NCBI GenBank assembly: GCA_041484665.1
Contig: JBGPIA010000001.1
Location: 768,001-832,000 of the forward strand
DNA from: Candidatus Krumholzibacteriia bacterium
GTDB taxonomy: Bacteria; Krumholzibacteriota; Krumholzibacteriia; JAJRXK01
Direction: 5' to 3'
Length of the DNA: 64,000 nt
Below the pieces are notes generated by a model, which searched no databases, was not told the origin of the DNA, and worked only from the letters and a program-made list of their open reading frames with translations. Position numbers and translations under genes: made by a program. The number at the start of each line of letters is the position of its first letter. The stretch's first letter is position 1. Below are positions 62,397 to 64,000 of this stretch, one piece after another.

Positions 62397-63047
62397 ATGG
62401 CCACTGTGCCCAACGGCCGCGATCTGCCCGAGATCCCCGACTTGCCCGACCGCCGGGGCATGGCCCGCGGGCGCGGCCGTACCGACAGACCCGGCAGCGC
62501 CGCCTCATCCGACCGTCCTGATCGTCCCGACCGTCCCGACCGTCCCGACCTGCCCGGCAGGCCGGCTCTCCCTGATGCGCCCATCACGCTGATGCAAGCC
62601 ACCGGCCCGTCGCAGGTGGAACAAGCCCGCACCCTTTTCCGGGAGTACCAGGCCGACCTGGGGATCGACCTCTGCTTCCAGGGATTCCAGAAGGAGCTCG
62701 ACGGCCTGCCCGGGGAGTACGCCCCGCCGGGTGGGCGTTTACTGCTGGCGCTCGCGGGCGACGCCGTCGCCGGATGCGTGGCGCTGCGGCGGATCACCGA
62801 TCAGACCTGCGAGATGAAACGGTTGTTCGTGCGACCACAGCACCGCGGCAGGGGAATCGGCCGACTGCTGGCCGAGGCGGTGATCGGACAGGCGCGGGCG
62901 CTGGGCTACGACGCCATGCGCCTGGACACGTTGCCCTCGATGCGCACGGCGGTGGCAATGTACCGCGAGCTGGGTTTCGTCGAGATCGATCCCTACCGGC
63001 ACAACCCAGTCCCCGGCGCATTGTTCTTGGAGCGCACTCTGCGGTAG
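62397..63047 (+). CDS. GNAT N-acetyltransferase with low-complexity N-terminus
   Basis: DLCFQGF, CEMKRLFV, HRGRGIG, MRLDTL; AGGAG before ATG 62397; (DRP)n from a 9-bp tandem repeat. Confidence 0.9.
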   Translation: MATVPNGRDLPEIPDLPDRRGMARGRGRTDRPGSAASSDRPDRPDRPDRPDLPGRPALPDAPITLMQATGPSQVEQARTLFREYQADLGIDLCFQGFQKELDGLPGEYAPPGGRLLLALAGDAVAGCVALRRITDQTCEMKRLFVRPQHRGRGIGRLLAEAVIGQARALGYDAMRLDTLPSMRTAVAMYRELGFVEIDPYRHNPVPGALFLERTLR

Positions 63048-63130
63048 GACATCCCGCAGCCGCCATCACACGAGTGGCGATCATCAAGGACGCGTGTGCG
63101 GGCAACGCTGGATCTCGCCCGGGGGGCTCG

Positions 63131-64000
63131 TTACGGGTGCCGCACGACCAGGCCCTGATTGGCTTCGAGCGCTGTCATGGTGGTTCTCTAGCCCGACGGC
63201 CAATCGACCGTCAACCGATCGACGCGCCTGGCCGTGCTCAGCCCGAAGTGCAGCGCCGCCGGGAATGCGCTGCCGTTCACCTGGCGTGGCCAATACTGGC
63301 GGATCTGCCGGCGGCGATTCCCGGCTCGTCCGCCGAGATCAGGCCCGCGCCCGCTGGCTGCGCGAAGTGCCTGCCTCCGGTGTTGAGGAAGGTCCGATAA
63401 CGCGACCGCATCCTGCCCCGGTGGGGTTGGAGCACGATCAGGTCGAGCGCTCCATTGTTGTCGAAATCAGCGGCCGCGCACTGCATTCCCGCGCCGTCGA
63501 GCGCCAGCATGGAATCGGCCGCTTCGGTGAAGTGCCCCGCGCGTCCGAAGAGCACGCGATTGCGGCGCGGCGGCGGGTCTGTGGCCGGGGCGTCGACTTC
63601 ACCGTAGTCGAAATAGAGATCGGGCCGGCCGTCGTCGTCGTAGTCCCCCCAGACGCCGGCCACCGGCGACCGGACGTAGGATTCCAGCGGCACCAGGTTC
63701 TACACGTAATCGCTGCGAGACCACTTCCCGGAGGCAGGCCCACCGCGTTCGAGCAGGCCAGCCACAGCCTCGTCGTCTGCTGGATCGACGCCGAAAACCT
63801 CGGACGCGCGGTCCCGCATGGGCGGGGGAGAGCGGAGGCAGTACGAGCGCATCGCGGTCTTGTAGTTGAGGACGAGCAGATCACGCGTCCCATCTCCATC
63901 GATATCGAGCATGAGAGCGCCCCGGCCCCGTCCGAAAGGATCCTGGATTCCCCACTGCAGCGCGACATCTCGCGCGTAGCCCTCCGCCCCGAGGTACAAC
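63131..64000 (-). pseudogene. CRTAC1-like FG-GAP plus ASPIC/UnbV gene, disrupted
   Basis: DIDGDG, DYDDDG, DFDNNG repeats; LHFGL...VDWPSG; in-frame TAG at 63700-63702 and 63188-63190; frame change near 63300. Confidence 0.75.

Noticed and set aside
62505..62552. Short tandem repeats (also about 61700, 43720, 41580) as a CRISPR array
   Set aside because: Units are 9-12 bp with no unique spacers, and no cas genes are present.
63188..63702. Amber recoding (pyrrolysine or alternative code)
   Set aside because: TAG ends intact genes here (e.g. ahpC, the GNAT gene), and the locus also has a frame change.

Overview
High-GC bacterial DNA. Several secreted proteins end in a FlgD-Ig/'T9SS type-A-like' domain and there is a short RpoD-family sigma factor, which hints at an FCB-related candidate lineage (inference only). 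0-8 kb: secreted proteins, gpmA and an MIO ammonia-lyase whose cofactor triad is Ala-Cys-Gly instead of Ala-Ser-Gly. 8-20 kb: a redox/O2/N-oxide block (radical SAM, cydAB, peroxiredoxin, bacilliredoxin, octaheme HAO-like cytochrome, non-canonical radical SAM, Cys-flanked AraC-type regulator, hypF). 20-44.5 kb: an anaerobic 2-oxoacid fermentation/H2 island (Cys-PAS histidine kinase, VOR-type oxidoreductase, sigma54 activator, group 3b [NiFe]-hydrogenase, aminotransferase, PFOR, DHODH-like flavoprotein, amidase, CoA-transferase-GNAT, CBS protein). The strongest unexplained signal is a palindrome, GACA-N3-TGTC. It occurs as pairs spaced exactly 42 bp apart upstream of both island operons, and again at the head of a diverged ~490-bp direct repeat (45.7 and 51.7 kb). 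That repeat brackets about 6 kb of mostly gene debris (S74 chaperone, Ser/Thr kinase and IS91-type transposase fragments) plus one intact secreted protein. 52-64 kb: envelope genes, an ABC-2 exporter, PDZ and GNAT proteins, and a CRTAC1-like pseudogene. No rRNA, tRNA or CRISPR array was recognised. All calls come from reading motifs by eye; no searches were run.
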